Below are positions 25,591 to 37,903 of a stretch of 64,000 bases of DNA, piece after piece. Position 1 is the first letter of the stretch. The number at the start of each line of letters is the position of its first letter. The notes beneath the pieces are model-generated. The model worked only from the letters and a program-made list of their open reading frames with translations. It had not been told where the DNA came from and searched no databases. Source of the stretch: Emiliania huxleyi CCMP1516 (lineage: Eukaryota); NCBI RefSeq assembly GCF_000372725.1, contig NW_005201269.1, positions 248,001-312,000 of the forward strand. The letters run 5' to 3'. The translations under genes and the position numbers were made by a program.

Positions 25591-26791
25591 TTTTCTCATC
25601 TGTGTGCGTTCATGAGCGCTCCAAGAAAGCACACAGAGACAAGCGCCTGATAATAAATACATAAATAGAGCAGTCATCTCCAGGAGAGATGGGCGACGCA
25701 CGAACACAGAGGCACAGTCACTCTGGGCACAGTGCGCACCCCGCCCCGCTCGCAGGGCGTGCATCACACAGGTGGACTGTGTGACTCCTCGGGGTTTCTG
25801 GGGACACTTGAGGTGTGCTAGTCGCTACAGTCGGACGGTTCCGGCATGTCTCATGGGCAGTTCGGGCTCGAGTGAGGGCCGCGGTCGCGGTCGCGGCCAG
25901 CGCGCGGGGCCTGGCTAGGGCTGCCGGGCGTGATACAGCTGTACTCGACCCAGGCGCCGGAGCGCGAGTAGTGCTTGATCAGCCCGGGCGGACCGGTCGC
26001 CGATCGGCAGCTCGCGCCTGATTGATGTGCGTTCACGCAGTTCTGTTGTAACTCATTTTGAAATTCTGCGTTTGTTTATTTGTGGTTGGTGGCCTCGCCT
26101 TTCTTTCTTTCTCGTGTAACATGTACCTGTGTTAGTGCCAGTGCGCGCCAGTCCCGTGCCCAGTGTTGTGTGAGTTGTTCTGGAATTCTTTTCTCTCTAG
26201 TCCCGTGCCTATGTTGGCGAGCAAAAAGAAAGAAAAAAGACAATTTAACGGAGGGATGGGAGGACGGCACGCCGCCACCTCACAGGGATGTGTTGCTGCT
26301 AAACAAACTTTAGTTTGTGCTAGTGAACTGGAGGAGGAGTGGGTCTGGCCTCGGTGTAGGAGGCAGCGCCTAGCGGGCGCGAACCCGTACCCCGCCCGCG
26401 CCCGCCGCTGCGGCCCGCCGCTTTGTGCGCGGGACCTCCGAGCGACGAGGCTCATGACACAGCTCCCGACTAGCGTCGGCCTCCTGCTCAGCCTGTCAGT
26501 TCTCGAGCGAAGGGAGGCGGCGCTGCCCGCCGGTCCGCCAGCGACGCACGAAGCAACACGATGTGAGCCGTAAATTCTTCTGGCGTCCTGCGGCTCTCCG
26601 TCGGGTCCTGTCTGGGGAAGGCCCCCCCACCCCCCCCCCCCCCAGCCGACCCGCTGTGAACCTCGAGGGGGCCTCGGTCTCACGCTGCTCCTCCCTAGTC
26701 TCTTCCCAGGAGTCAGTTGTAGCTGTGAAGTGGCTGCGGCAATAGCAGACAGCGTCGGCCTTTGTCGTGCGGTTTGGAGAAGGCGCGGCAG

Positions 26792-29700
26792 ATGCCAGGC
26801 GAAAGCTTCCAAACCACCCGCGAGGCGGTGGCCCAGGCCTCTCGCCGGCAGGAGACGGTTGAGCGCGCGCGGGCGGCGCGTGAGGCGCGCGCTCAGGCTG
26901 CTGCAGCTGCGGCAAAGGTGGAGGCTGACCAGCGCGATGCGAACGCGGCCGAAGTGGTGCAGTGCGGTGCGCGGCGGTGGCTGGAGTCGATTCGAAGCAG
27001 GACGTCGCAGCGCGCCGCGTGGGTGTGCCCAGATCATCCGCCACCGGCCGGCCAGCAGCTCGCGCTCGCCGCGTGGCTCCTCCGCTTCTATGAGCCGCGC
27101 CACGACGGCGGCCGCCTCTCGCAGCTGTGCAGGCTGATCCTCGCGGGCCTGGAGGAGGGCGCCGAGGCGGAGCGGGCCTTCTGTGCGGCCGCGCTCAGCC
27201 GCCCGCTCACGCGCCACTGGGTCGCCGTCCTCCACCGGCTGCTGCTCGCGTGCGCCAGACAGCTGACGCCGGTCGGCGGCGCGCTTCCCGCCGCGGGCGA
27301 GGGCGAGGGCAAGGGCGGGGAGGTGGTGAGTGGCGTGCTCGGCCCGCCGCTGCGACTGCTGCTCGCGCTGGCGGAGCCCGAGCTGTGGCCCTCACCCGCA
27401 AGCTCTCCGCCGCGCGCGGAGGCAGCCCCGCCGCCCGAGCCCTCTGCCTCATGACCTCCGCCACGATGTCAGCGGCGGGCGGCGCCGTCACCTCCGCCTG
27501 CGGCGCACTCGTCGCGTCGCTGCCGCTCTCGCTCGACCGGCCTCTTCTGGGCGCCGCCACCACCGTCGCCCTGCTTGCCGCGGGAATACGCGCCGGCGGC
27601 GACTGCGGCGCCGCAGCCACTGAGGCCTCCGCCACTGCCACCGCCGCCTCCGCCGCCGCCGCGCCGCCGCCGCCGCCGTCGCTGGAGTGCGTGCGCAGCT
27701 TCGCCCTCGGCGTGCTCTCGCTGCCGGCTCTGTGCGAGCCGTCCGCCGCGCTGCTGCCGCCCGCAGTGCTCGAGACCCTGCGGCGCGGCGACGCGGTCTG
27801 GAGTGCGTGCTCGCTGCACGGCGCAGCAACTGCTTGTCCGCTCGCGGCGGACCGAATCTGGGCGCGTGGCCTGACACCGTGGCCCCTGACCTTAGGCGCC
27901 GCGCTCTCCCGCTCGCTCGCCGCCGACCTCGCCGCCGCCGGTCCCGCGCGCGCCGCGGACGCCGCTCTCGCCATCGCGCGCGGCCCTAGAAGCGAAACAC
28001 GCGTTCATGTCTCCCATCCAGGACTCGAGAGGACACGTACTCCGCTGTAGACACTGTACTCTCCCCTCCGTTGTACTCACGCGGTGCTCTGAATGCGCTG
28101 CCACAANNNNNNNNNNNNNNNNNNNNNNNNNNNNNNNNNNNNNNNNNNNNNNNNNNNNNNNNNNNNNNNNNNNNNNNNNNNNNNNNNNNNNNNNNNNNNN
28201 NNNNNNGTCCAGCTGGGCGCGCTGCCGCGAGAGAAGCTCAAGGGGACGATCCGCGTCGAGTTTGTGTCCGAGCTCGGCCTGGCGGAGGCGGGCATCGACC
28301 GCACCGGCGTCTGCAAGGAGCCCCTCGAGGACGCGGCTGGTTCCGCGTCCGAGGTCCGCTGATCAAGCCTCCTTAGGCGTCTTCAAGGAGTTTCTCGAGG
28401 ACGCGATGCGCGCCGCCATCGACGCGCAGCGCGGCCTCTTCGCCCGGACGGCGCAGCGGAGGATCTACCCGTCGCCGAGCTCGGGCGTCGCCGAGTCGGC
28501 GCACGAGCCTAGAAGGGGAAGACGGAGTCAGAAGGCGGGGTCTTGCGTCCCAACCCGCGCTCGAGAGGGCACGTATTCAACCGTCTTCGGCTGTATGTGG
28601 CTGTATTTGCTGTATTTGTGTCGCTCGTGTTCACGCGGTGCTCTGAAGACTCGGCACACACCCGTCTTCCCGCCCTGATGTCGGTGTGTTCGTCACGTAG
28701 GCGCACGAGCGGCTCTTCGAGTTTGCGGGCAGGCTGCTCGGCAAGGCTCAGCTGGCGGACTTTTCCCAGACATGTCCAAGACACGTCCCCGACATGTCCC
28801 GCAGGCTGCTCGGCAAGGCGGTGTATGAGGGCATCGTGCTCGACGCGGCGCTCGCCGACTTCTTCGCTGCAAAGCTGCTCGGCAAGCCGGGATCGATCGA
28901 CGACCTCGCGTCGCTCGACCCGGAGCTCTTCCAGTCGCTGCAGCTCGTCAAGAGTTACGACGGCGACGTCGAGGGCGACCTCTGCCTCTGCTTCACCGTC
29001 GACGAGGACGTCTTCGGCGTGCGCACCGCGGTCGACCTGCGCGAGGGCGGCAGCACGATGCCAGTCACGCGCGAGAACCGGATCGAGTGAGACTCGAGAT
29101 CCGCCCGAGATGTGATCCCTCGGGTAGTCTGCGACTCGCCCGCGCCGTNNNNNNNNNNNNNNNNNNNNNNNNNNNNNNNNNNNNNNNNNNNNNNNNNNNN
29201 NNNNNNNNNNNNNNNNNNNNNNNNNNNNNNNNNNNNNNNNNNNNNNNNCAATAAATAGATCTTCTTTGCTGACAACCTCAAGACACAAACACAAAGCGAC
29301 AGACAAGAGACAAACGCTGAAGACTGAACATAGCGTGTTCAGGCGGGAAAAAGATGCTCTTTCACTCCGTGCGCACTATCGATTAAGTTGCAAACACTCT
29401 ACGTCCGATCCGTACGCGCGCCGGATCATGGCAATCGTAGGCGGCAACAGATCATCAGGCGTGAACACAAACGATGTGATCTGCGACACATTCTGATTGT
29501 AGCGGACACCAGAAAGACGGCCAAGCAGTCGACGAACTTGCTCTTGTTTTGTCTCAGAGCGCACTCTGTGTGAAGTCTGCAGCATGCTCGAGACATTGGC
29601 GGCCGCTGCTGTGCCAAAGAAGCGTTGGACAATGGCCGGCAGCTCAATCTCAATGTGCTCAACTGAGCCGAGATAGTCGAGCTTCACGGGCTTGGGGCGC

Positions 29701-32143
29701 CCTCTGGGAAAGGGAAGAGTCGCGAGGAAGGAGAGCTGGGGCTCGAGATGTGCATCGCACAAGCGCGGACTGGCGACGCACGCGGTGAGGATCCGCCGGG
29801 CGATTGCATCTGCGTTTTCTGCCGTGTTTGCAGCAGCCCCTGCCGGCACGCCGGCTTGAATCACTTTGAGGTTCTTCCGCAGCGCCGCTTCAAGGACGCC
29901 GCTGGTGAAGCGTGCAACTGGGTCGCGGACAAAGGTGAAGTAGGCATACTCGCCAACCGTGCCGTGGGCAGCGTCCAGGGTTTGACGGCAATACAAGTGC
30001 CACGGGCACACCAGCACCCAATTCCTGCACATGGATTTCAGGGCGTGGACAATCGTCGTGCCCGCAGACTTGAAGATGTGGATGAAAGCCACACGGCGGC
30101 GCGGGCAGAAGAGAACCTCGTCGTAGAGCGGGCTCTCGGGGTGAGGGGGACGGTCCTTGGCCAGTCGTGGGACAGCGCCATGCGAATTGTGGAGCAGGTG
30201 CCGACCCCGGCGGTGACAATGCGTGCTGTCGCCTGGCAATTAGTGTATGCCCGTTCTCGCCGCCTCCTCGCCCCCGCTCTCGTGCCACCAACCTTCCCCC
30301 CTCGCGGCGCGGCGCGGCTTGACGCGGGGCGGAGTGTGGTGGTGCAGGTGCTCGAGCGCCTCCCGTGGGCGATCCCGTTCGACGCGCGGGTGCGCCTCTT
30401 CCGCTTGCTCGTCCAGGACACGTCCGAGGCACGTCGGAGACACGTCGGAGACACGTCGGAGACACGTCCACAGGTGCGCCTCTTCCGCGCGCTCGTCCAG
30501 CGCGAGCAGCAGGGCTTGCCGGGCGAGGCGCTGCCCGAGCACTTGCGTGGCCACCGCGTGCAGATCCGGAGAGAGCACTTGCTGGAGGACGGGTACGTCC
30601 AGCTGGGCGCGCTGCCGCGAGAGAAGCTCAAGGGGACGATCCGCGTCGAGTTTGTGTCCGAGCTCGGCCTGGCGGAGGCGGGCATCGACCGCACCGGCGT
30701 CTGCAAGGAGCCCCTCGAGGACGCGGCTGGTTCCGCGTCCGAGGTCCGCTGATCAAGCCTCCTTAGGCGTCTTCAAGGAGTTTCTCGAGGACGCGATGCG
30801 CGCCGCCATCGACGCGCAGCGCGGCCTCTTCGCCCGGACGGCGCAGCGGAGGATCTACCCGTCGCCGAGCTCGGGCGTCGCCGAGTCGGCGCACGAGCCT
30901 AGAAGGGGAAGACGGAGTCAGAAGGCGGGGTCTTGCGTCCCAACCCGCGCTCGAGAGGGCACGTATTCAACCGTCTTCGGCTGTATGTGGCTGTATTTGC
31001 TGTATTTGTGTCGCTCGTGTTCACGCGGTGCTCTGAAGACTCGGCACACACCCGTCTTCCCGCCCTGATGTCGGTGTGTTCGTCACGTAGGCGCACGAGC
31101 GGCTCTTCGAGTTTGCGGGCAGGCTGCTCGGCAAGGCTCAGCTGGCGGACTTTTCCCAGACATGTCCAAGACACGTCCCCGACATGTCCCGCAGGCTGCT
31201 CGGCAAGGCGGTGTATGAGGGCATCGTGCTCGACGCGGCGCTCGCCGACTTCTTCGCTGCAAAGCTGCTCGGCAAGCCGGGATCGATCGACGACCTCGCG
31301 TCGCTCGACCCGGAGCTCTTCCAGTCGCTGCAGCTCGTCAAGAGTTACGACGGCGACGTCGAGGGCGACCTCTGCCTCTGCTTCACCGTCGACGAGGACG
31401 TCTTCGGCGTGCGCACCGCGGTCGACCTGCGCGAGGGCGGCAGCACGATGCCAGTCACGCGCGAGAACCGGATCGAGTGAGACTCGAGATCCGCCCGAGA
31501 TGTGATCCCTCGGGTAGTCTGCGACTCGCCCGCGCCGTCCCGGCCCCACCGCCCCCGCGCCCCGCCCGCCCCACCGCCCGCCGCCCCCGGCAGGTACGTC
31601 CACCTGATGGCCGACTACCGCCTCAACCGGCAGATCGAGGCGCAGAGCCGCGCCTTCGTCGCGGGCGTCCACTCGGTGGTACCCCTCTCGTGGCTGCGCC
31701 TCTTCACCACGCCCGAGCTGCAGCGGCTCATCAACGGAGACGACGCGCCGATCGACGTCAACGACCTGCGCCGGCACACGCGGTACGCGGGCGGCTACAA
31801 CGAGCTCACCCCGACGGTGCGCGACCTGTGGAGGGTGGTGGCCGACTTTTCGCACGAGGACCGCGCGCTGCTGCTCAAGTTTGTCACGTCGTGCTCCAAG
31901 CCGCCGCTGCTCGGCTTCAAGTACCTGCAGCCGCCCTTTACGGTGCAGTGCGTCTCGGGCGATGGGGGCGAGACGCCGTCCGTGCTCGCCTTCTTCGGGA
32001 TGGGCAGGAACGAGACGCAGAGGCTGCCGACCGCGAGCACCTGCTTCAACCTGCTCAAGCTGCCAAACTTCAAGTCGAGGGCGGTGCTGCGCGAGCGGCT
32101 CCTCTACGCCATCCGGTCCGCCTCGGGCTTTGAGCTTTCGTGA
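26792..32143 (+). CDS. HECT E3 ubiquitin ligase, UBE3B/UBE3C (UPL6/7)-like; multi-exon and broken by gaps and a duplication
   Basis: An IQ-like motif (AAEVVQCGARRW) is followed by LPWAIPFDARV, IRREHLLEDGY, EAGIDRTGVFKEFL, GRLLGKAVYEG, LLKFVTSCSKPPLLGF and RLPTASTCFNLLKLP..GFELS*. The start codon is uncertain. Confidence 0.88.
27985..28106 (+). mobile_element. Introner-like element, copy 3, cut by a gap
   Basis: CCTAGAAGCG..CTCGAGAGGACACGTACTCCGCTG..TCACGCGGTGCTCTG. Confidence 0.7.
28207..29148 (+). repeat. Exact-looking duplicate of 30597-31538 between two 100-N gaps, probably a redundant contig
   Basis: The sequence and ORFs are identical at an offset of 2390. The segment is bounded by gaps at 28107-28206 and 29149-29248. 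Confidence 0.9.
29376..30232 (-). CDS. Sulfotransferase family 2 (Sulfotransfer_2) domain; 5' exon not found
   Basis: Contains the 5'-PSB motif FIHIFKSAGTTI, the 3'-PB motif FTFVRDPVARFTSG, plus DAHLEPQ, LDYLGSVE and IRRAYGSDV. There is no ATG; a CTAAT..CAG acceptor-like site lies at ~30233. Confidence 0.75.
30898..31090 (+). mobile_element. Introner-like element, copy 4 (also at 28508-28700 in the duplicated contig)
   Basis: CCTAGAAG...CACGTAG is flanked by a direct repeat of GCGCACGAGC. The intron is 30889-31090. Confidence 0.75.
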
Positions 32144-33037
32144 GATGTTGTCAACTATTTTGGTTTTTGTGTGATGCCATGTGTACGTGTACGAGGCTTC
32201 TTCCTCTCAGAAAACACGCGGACGGCTTCTGGCTAGTGGTAGTGCCATTTCACACTCTGACAGTGACACGCTTTCTTGAAAACGTCTCCAACCTAGAGCC
32301 GTACGGAGCTCCGTCGGTTGCTTCCAGCGCCCTCCCCCGCGCTCCCTGCGGCCATGGCCGATGCTCCTAGTAAGAGAGGTCATCTGGCTACCGCGAGAGC
32401 GACCCAACTTGTCGACATCGTCCGATGATGGTGCCGCAAAGTCAGCCTTCGGAGGCTATCGTCGCGTCGAGCCGGCAGTAGCCGTGACATGTTGTGGTTC
32501 CACCACCCCTCGTAGGCTTTGCCTCTGACCGCCACCATTCCCAGGCTGCCTAATGGGATGGAAAGGAAGGCTCGGCGAGCGTATAGAAGCGTTCTCGACC
32601 TCGTCGTGGCAACCTGCAAGGCAGCGCTGGCGGGCGCGATGAGCGTCGTGCCACTTGACCGGAGACGGGTCGCAGGCGTCGTACCGAGCGCGTCGATACC
32701 GCGGAGCAAGAGCAAATCAACTCAACCGTTCGAATGCTGACGCCGCAAGTCGTTGCCGCCGGTTGCCAAGGTGCGCCTGGATTGCTCAGCAGCACAAGCA
32801 TCCACGGAGCCAGCGAGCGCCGAGCGACATTGAATTGACTGAGCCGGACCGGGACATGTCGGCGGGCAAAATTGTAAAATGGTTCCGATAGCCGAGGTAG
32901 CTCCGGCGGACGTGAGAGCACGGCCTGACGATCAAGCACGAGAGCGACGAACGGAGGCGCAGATAACTGGCGATGAACTCACTGCTGATACCTGCTGGAG
33001 CTGCGGAAGATGCAGTAGTACTGCCGCAGACAGAGCA

Positions 33038-33289
33038 CCGCGCGCGGAGCGCGCCGCTGGAAAGCACGCGCGGAGCGCGCCGCTGGGTAGGCGCGGAGCG
33101 CTGCCACTTGAGACTGGGCCTGTGGGTGGGCCGAGTGGTTCCTAGCGTGTGAGTCAAACTCTAAATAGAGATCGCATCTAGCCCTCCACAACCCTCAAAA
33201 TTTTCTTCGGGGCGCGCTCTGCGCGCGGCGCTCCGCGCCTCACTCCTTGAGCGTCATAGGCGCTGGCCCGCACATGTTCTGCAGCTTGG
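33038..33289. repeat. Second copy of the GCGCGGAGCGCGC-type dispersed repeat
   Basis: Matches 6055-6283, for example CCCTCCACAACCCTCAAAATTTTCTTCGGGGCGCGCTC. Confidence 0.8.
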
Positions 33290-33633
33290 GCGGAGGACCA
33301 GTGCAGAGTAGCCGCGCGGTCTTAGGTGGTGGTTGTGGCATGCGGACGAGATCGCAGATGCGTACACCGGGATGCGGCGTGCCCAAGAGCCTCCTTCCTA
33401 TCCTCCCCCACCTTCACCCTCCGATCGTCACCCCAGTGGGAAAAAGAAGCAAAACTGGAGGTGCTTTTGTCTCGCCTGTTCCCCCACTGTGGCGGCTGCC
33501 CGCCCAGTTTGGTGAGGTGAATAAAAAGAAAAATCGTCAGCTTCGAATCCAGGGCGAGCGGATTCGATTATCACAACTAAACGAAATATGGTGTGCCTTG
33601 GTCCTCTCCTTGAGTCGAGCGCAGCCGACAGCC

Positions 33634-34806
33634 ATGGCAAGCGTCGTGCTTCTCGTCTCACTGCCCTACGTCCTGGCTGCTCGGTGTGGCGTGGACAGCT
33701 GCACCGACGCCGTCCTCGCAACGCTCGCCCAAGATTTGACCGCCAACTACAAGGGCTTCTCATCGTGCGAGTCTCGCATCAACTGGGTGAAGAGCAACAC
33801 CGGCCGGAATGAGGAAAAGTCGTGCGAAAAGGTGGCAGAGGAATTTCCAGAAGAGTGTGGCGCCTGCCACCCCTTCCAATCGCCGCCTCTGCCGCAAACC
33901 TCGCCGCCACCGTCGCCGCCGCCACCACCATCACCACCGCCGCCGCCGTCACCACCGCCGCCGCCGTCACCACCACCGCCGCCGTCACCACCACCGCCGC
34001 CGTCACCACCACCGCCGCCGTCACCACCGCCGCCGCCGTCGCCGCAGTCCCCGTGCCTCTCGTGCGAGCCCTTGTGCGACTGGTCGACGCACGACTACAA
34101 GCTCGTGGGCACCGAGATGTCGTGCGTAGCGCGCGACCCGATGGGCGGTGAGTCGAGCGGTATGTCCTCAATGAGCATGGGCTGTGGCAACATGTCGTGC
34201 GCATCGACCCTCGCTTTCCTCCACGAGAACATGGTGATGCACCACGGAATGGCGATCGAGTTTACATGCGATGTTGAGGTGGATTTCGTTCGCGGCATGA
34301 TCCCGCACCACGCAGGCGCAGTCAAGATGTGCGACATCCTGCGTGGCTCGGTGAGCGTGGAGACGGACTCCGACGGCTCTGGCATGGGAATGATGCACTC
34401 GTCCGGGAGAATGCTAATGCCGGCCGCGATCGACCCCTTCCTCGAGGGCCTCTGCTCTGACATTGAGGAGACGCAGGCGCGTGAGATTGCGGAGATGGAG
34501 GCATGGCTCGCGAGCCGCAGCTTGGGCGCGTACACGTCCTGTGGCGACAGCCACGGCGGCGGCATGGATGGCCACGACATGGGCAGCGGCGATATGGACA
34601 TGGGCGGCGACATGCCTGGCCACGACATGGGCGGAGGCAGCATGGGCGGCGACATGCCTGGCCACGACATGGGCGGAGGCAGCATGGGCGGCGACATGCC
34701 TGGCCACGACATGGGCAGCGGCGATATGGACATGGGCGGCGACATGCCTGGCCACGACATGGGCGGAGGCAGCATGGGCGGCGAAATGCCTGGCCACGGC
34801 ATGTGA
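33634..34806 (+). CDS. Secreted protein with a Cys-rich domain, an (SPPPPP)n linker, a DUF305/CopM-like domain and a Met/His/Gly-rich repeat tail
   Basis: Signal-like MASVVLLVSLPYVLA, then VDFVRGMIPHHAGAVKM..IEETQAREIAEMEAWL, then GHDMGGGSMGGDMP repeats. Confidence 0.8.
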   Translation: MASVVLLVSLPYVLAARCGVDSCTDAVLATLAQDLTANYKGFSSCESRINWVKSNTGRNEEKSCEKVAEEFPEECGACHPFQSPPLPQTSPPPSPPPPPSPPPPPSPPPPPSPPPPPSPPPPPSPPPPPSPPPPPSPQSPCLSCEPLCDWSTHDYKLVGTEMSCVARDPMGGESSGMSSMSMGCGNMSCASTLAFLHENMVMHHGMAIEFTCDVEVDFVRGMIPHHAGAVKMCDILRGSVSVETDSDGSGMGMMHSSGRMLMPAAIDPFLEGLCSDIEETQAREIAEMEAWLASRSLGAYTSCGDSHGGGMDGHDMGSGDMDMGGDMPGHDMGGGSMGGDMPGHDMGGGSMGGDMPGHDMGSGDMDMGGDMPGHDMGGGSMGGEMPGHGM

Positions 34807-35050
34807 CGCACGGACGAAGCACGGTCAGAAGGAGCGGCAGAGAGAAAAGTACGACCCCGAGCCGCGGTCTCCACTGCCCTGCCATCTAGTTTTACCCTCC
34901 GATCCGGGCGGGTGTCGGTCGCAGTCCGTCGGCCGTCTTGCCATGTGTGTGTGCTGGCGCGCGTGCGGTCGGCAGAGCGCTGCGCCCTGTCGCTCTGTCG
35001 AGCACGCTCTCTCGTGCTTCGTTGTGACCCACCCTGTCCCCTCCCACCCG

Positions 35051-35148
35051 TGTGTGTGATCAGTGTCTACGGAGAGGGAGAGGGAGTGTCTTTGGCTCGC
35101 GCCAGGGAGGCCGGGAGGGCGCTCGTTGCTCCTCCGTCTTTTGTATCA
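35051..35148 (+). repeat. Short dispersed repeat (family C), with a second copy at ~59055-59133
   Basis: TGTGTGATCAGTGTCTACGG..GTGTCTTTGGCTC..GGGCGCTCGTTGCTCCTCCGTCT..TTTGTATC is shared between the copies. Confidence 0.75.
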
Positions 35149-36725
35149 TTAATTATTACTTAGAAGCCGCCCACGGTCACACCTCCACGGCGGCTCGGCT
35201 GGGCGGCGCTGCGCCTGCTGCGTCATCTTCGGCGGGCCGGTCTGGGGCGGCCTTGCTGTGGCCCTTGGTGGCGTGGTAGACGCCGGTGCCTGCGGTGGCG
35301 AGGAGCACGCCCAGCATGTTGAGCAGCGTGAGCTCGTCGTGTAGGACGAGCACTGCGCCGACGATGGTGAGCAGCTCTCTGGCCGAGGCAATAGGTAGGT
35401 AGGTAGGGCGTTTTGGCGCGACTCAGTGGGGACAGACCCCCTATCTGGCTAGGAGCCGGAACCCAGCACGAGCTAAAGACAAGGCGCGCGGCTTCTTTTT
35501 TTTTGGCTTCGGGAGGATGTGTGTCTTGTGAGCCTGTTTGTGTCTCCGCTCGTGCGTGTCGTCATCATCTGTCCAAGCGTCCACCCATACCGCGTTGGTG
35601 TCCAGTCCGAGCCTGGCTGTTCGTCACCTTCCTACCTAACCTAAAGGGAGGAGAGTTTTTCCGGCAACCAGAGGGAAACCAGAGGGTCCCCAGCACTTTT
35701 TGGTGCTCCATTCTGGCAACTCTCGAGTTTCCCTGAGTCTGAGAGCTGGTCTGGGGGTGGGGCAAAATCTGAGGCGCGAACCCGCCGAGCACCACCGCAG
35801 CGCGCAGAGATATGGCGCCCGAACCAACAGACGAGGCCCACGCGTTGGCGGAGTCGTTCGCGCCTGTGGGGGCAGTATACATGGATCGTAGACGCGCGGG
35901 GCAGTAGGGAGATATATAGACGAGGCCCACAGCAACAGCCGCCGCCGCAGCAGCAGCCGCAGCAGCCGCAGCAGCCGCCGCCGCAGCCGCCGCAGCAGCT
36001 GCAGCGCCCTCACCTGAGGCAGCCGCGGGCTGTTGCGCCGCTCCAGACGCCCGCAGCTGACGCTCCCGCGGCGGCCGCCGTGCTGCTGCCCGCGAGTGCG
36101 GCGGCGCCGTCGAGCCCTCCCGGCAGCCACGCCAACGGCGCCGCCAACGCACGGCGCCGCCAACGGCCCCGCCAACGGCCCCGCCGGCCGGCCCGCCGCC
36201 AACGGCCCCGCCAACGGCCCCGCCGGCCGGCCCGCCGCTCGAAACTTGTGCTCGTGGAGTCCATGCGAGAGGGCATATGGCGAGGCCGCTGGCTACAAAT
36301 TTTACGGACATGGATCGATGTTATGCTTTCATTGTAGAGACATATACCCAGACCTGCTCACATGAGCTATTCACGGCTTATGGCGGCCGTCCTGGTCTTG
36401 TTACATAACGCGCGGTTTCGCGATATGTGCGAAAAGTGAAGATCTGGACACCACCTAGAAAGAAATACGAGTAGGCATCACTGGCGCCAAACATCAATCT
36501 TTCACATCCTTGCACTCGGCCTGCCGCTCAGCGAGCTGTAATCGGGAAAGCATGACTCAGCTGTCGTGGCGGCCCCGTGAATAGCTGCGGCCAGCCGGGG
36601 AGGCCCTTTGAAAAGAAGAAGAAGAACCGTTAGGTCGGCCAATCCAGCACCCCACTTTCACACTCGTACTCGACTACTCGAGTACCTAGGTACCCGGGTA
36701 GCGGCTGTGGTTTTCGTGAGGGGCC

Positions 36726-37670
36726 ATGGCGCCGACGACGACGGCCATGATCATTGTTGCGGCCGTCGCGCTGAGCTGGTGGGCGCGGCGACGGCGACGA
36801 TCGATCATCACACCCACGCAGTGGACGCAGTTTGACCGCGACGGGTACGTCGTGCTCCGCCCAGACCAGGTGTTTGCGTCGCCGCACGACGATTTGCTGT
36901 CTCTGCAACAGCGAATGGACGATATCATGCTTGGCACGTGTGCAGAACCGCCGCCTTACGAGCGCATGATGATGCAACTTGATTCGTGCACGGGTGTGTA
37001 TGCCGATGCCGGCGAACAGACGTTGGGCTACAAGGGTAAGACACTGCGCTACCGCAAGATTCAAAATCTCGACCTGGACGACCTCGTGATGGGCCTCTTT
37101 TTGCGACGGCCGTGCTTCGCGGAGGCCTGCGAGCGCGTGTACGGCAAGGGCACCCCCATCAGCTCCTTCCGCACCATGTTCTTCAACAAGCCGTGCGCTC
37201 CCTCGGCCGCCAGCTCGGGGGGCACCCACCTCCCGTGGCATCAGGACCGGTGGCGGTTTCTCGACATCGACCCGCTCCTCAACGCGTACCTCGCCCTCGA
37301 CCCCGCCTCGCCCGAGTCGGGCTGCGTGCGTCTGCTGCCGCGCTCGCACACGCTCGGCATCCTCAACCCTTCGCACCACTCGGCCTTCCTCACAGAGGGC
37401 CAGATTGAGTGTTACTGCGGCGCAAAGGCCGAGGCGAGCGGCGCGATCGTCGACCTCGTCCTGCAGCCTGGGGAGGTGGCGCTCATCCACAACTGGGTGG
37501 TGCACTCGTCGGGCACAAATCGCACCGCGCGAGCCCGCCGAGCGCTCTCCGTGAGCTACATGGACGCGAGGACGAAGCTGAACGAAGCTGAGTTTGGACG
37601 CTTCACCGGCGGCGAACTCAAGTCCTCCGGATACCCGGAGGGAGGCACGCATTTCCCACAGATCTTCTGA
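36726..37670 (+). CDS. Phytanoyl-CoA dioxygenase (PhyH) family 2OG-Fe(II) oxygenase with an N-terminal anchor
   Basis: QFDRDGYVVL, MFFNKP, LPWHQD, YLALDPASPESGCVRLLPRSH and PGEVALIHNWVVHSSGTNRTARARRAL. Confidence 0.9.
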   Translation: MAPTTTAMIIVAAVALSWWARRRRRSIITPTQWTQFDRDGYVVLRPDQVFASPHDDLLSLQQRMDDIMLGTCAEPPPYERMMMQLDSCTGVYADAGEQTLGYKGKTLRYRKIQNLDLDDLVMGLFLRRPCFAEACERVYGKGTPISSFRTMFFNKPCAPSAASSGGTHLPWHQDRWRFLDIDPLLNAYLALDPASPESGCVRLLPRSHTLGILNPSHHSAFLTEGQIECYCGAKAEASGAIVDLVLQPGEVALIHNWVVHSSGTNRTARARRALSVSYMDARTKLNEAEFGRFTGGELKSSGYPEGGTHFPQIF

Positions 37671-37903
37671 GAAAGCACGCAACCTAGAACTTGAGACTGC
37701 GCGTGTTCGTCTGCCTATGCCGTAGGGCTCACGCGCCACGGTGCACACTCCACAGCAAAAAAAGCCTACTGTACCGTCCACCCCCTGTCGAGTGCCTGCT
37801 GTCCTGTACAGTCGAGTACGGAGTAGTAGAGGGTTCGGATGAAATAGTCTATTCTAATGGAACCCATGTTTTGGGTGTGACGCGTCTCGCGCCGTTCGTT
37901 TTT

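Noticed and set aside
35935..36240. GCA/GCC and CCGCCAACGGCC low-complexity repeats with ORFs
   Set aside because: These are simple repeats with no supportable gene.
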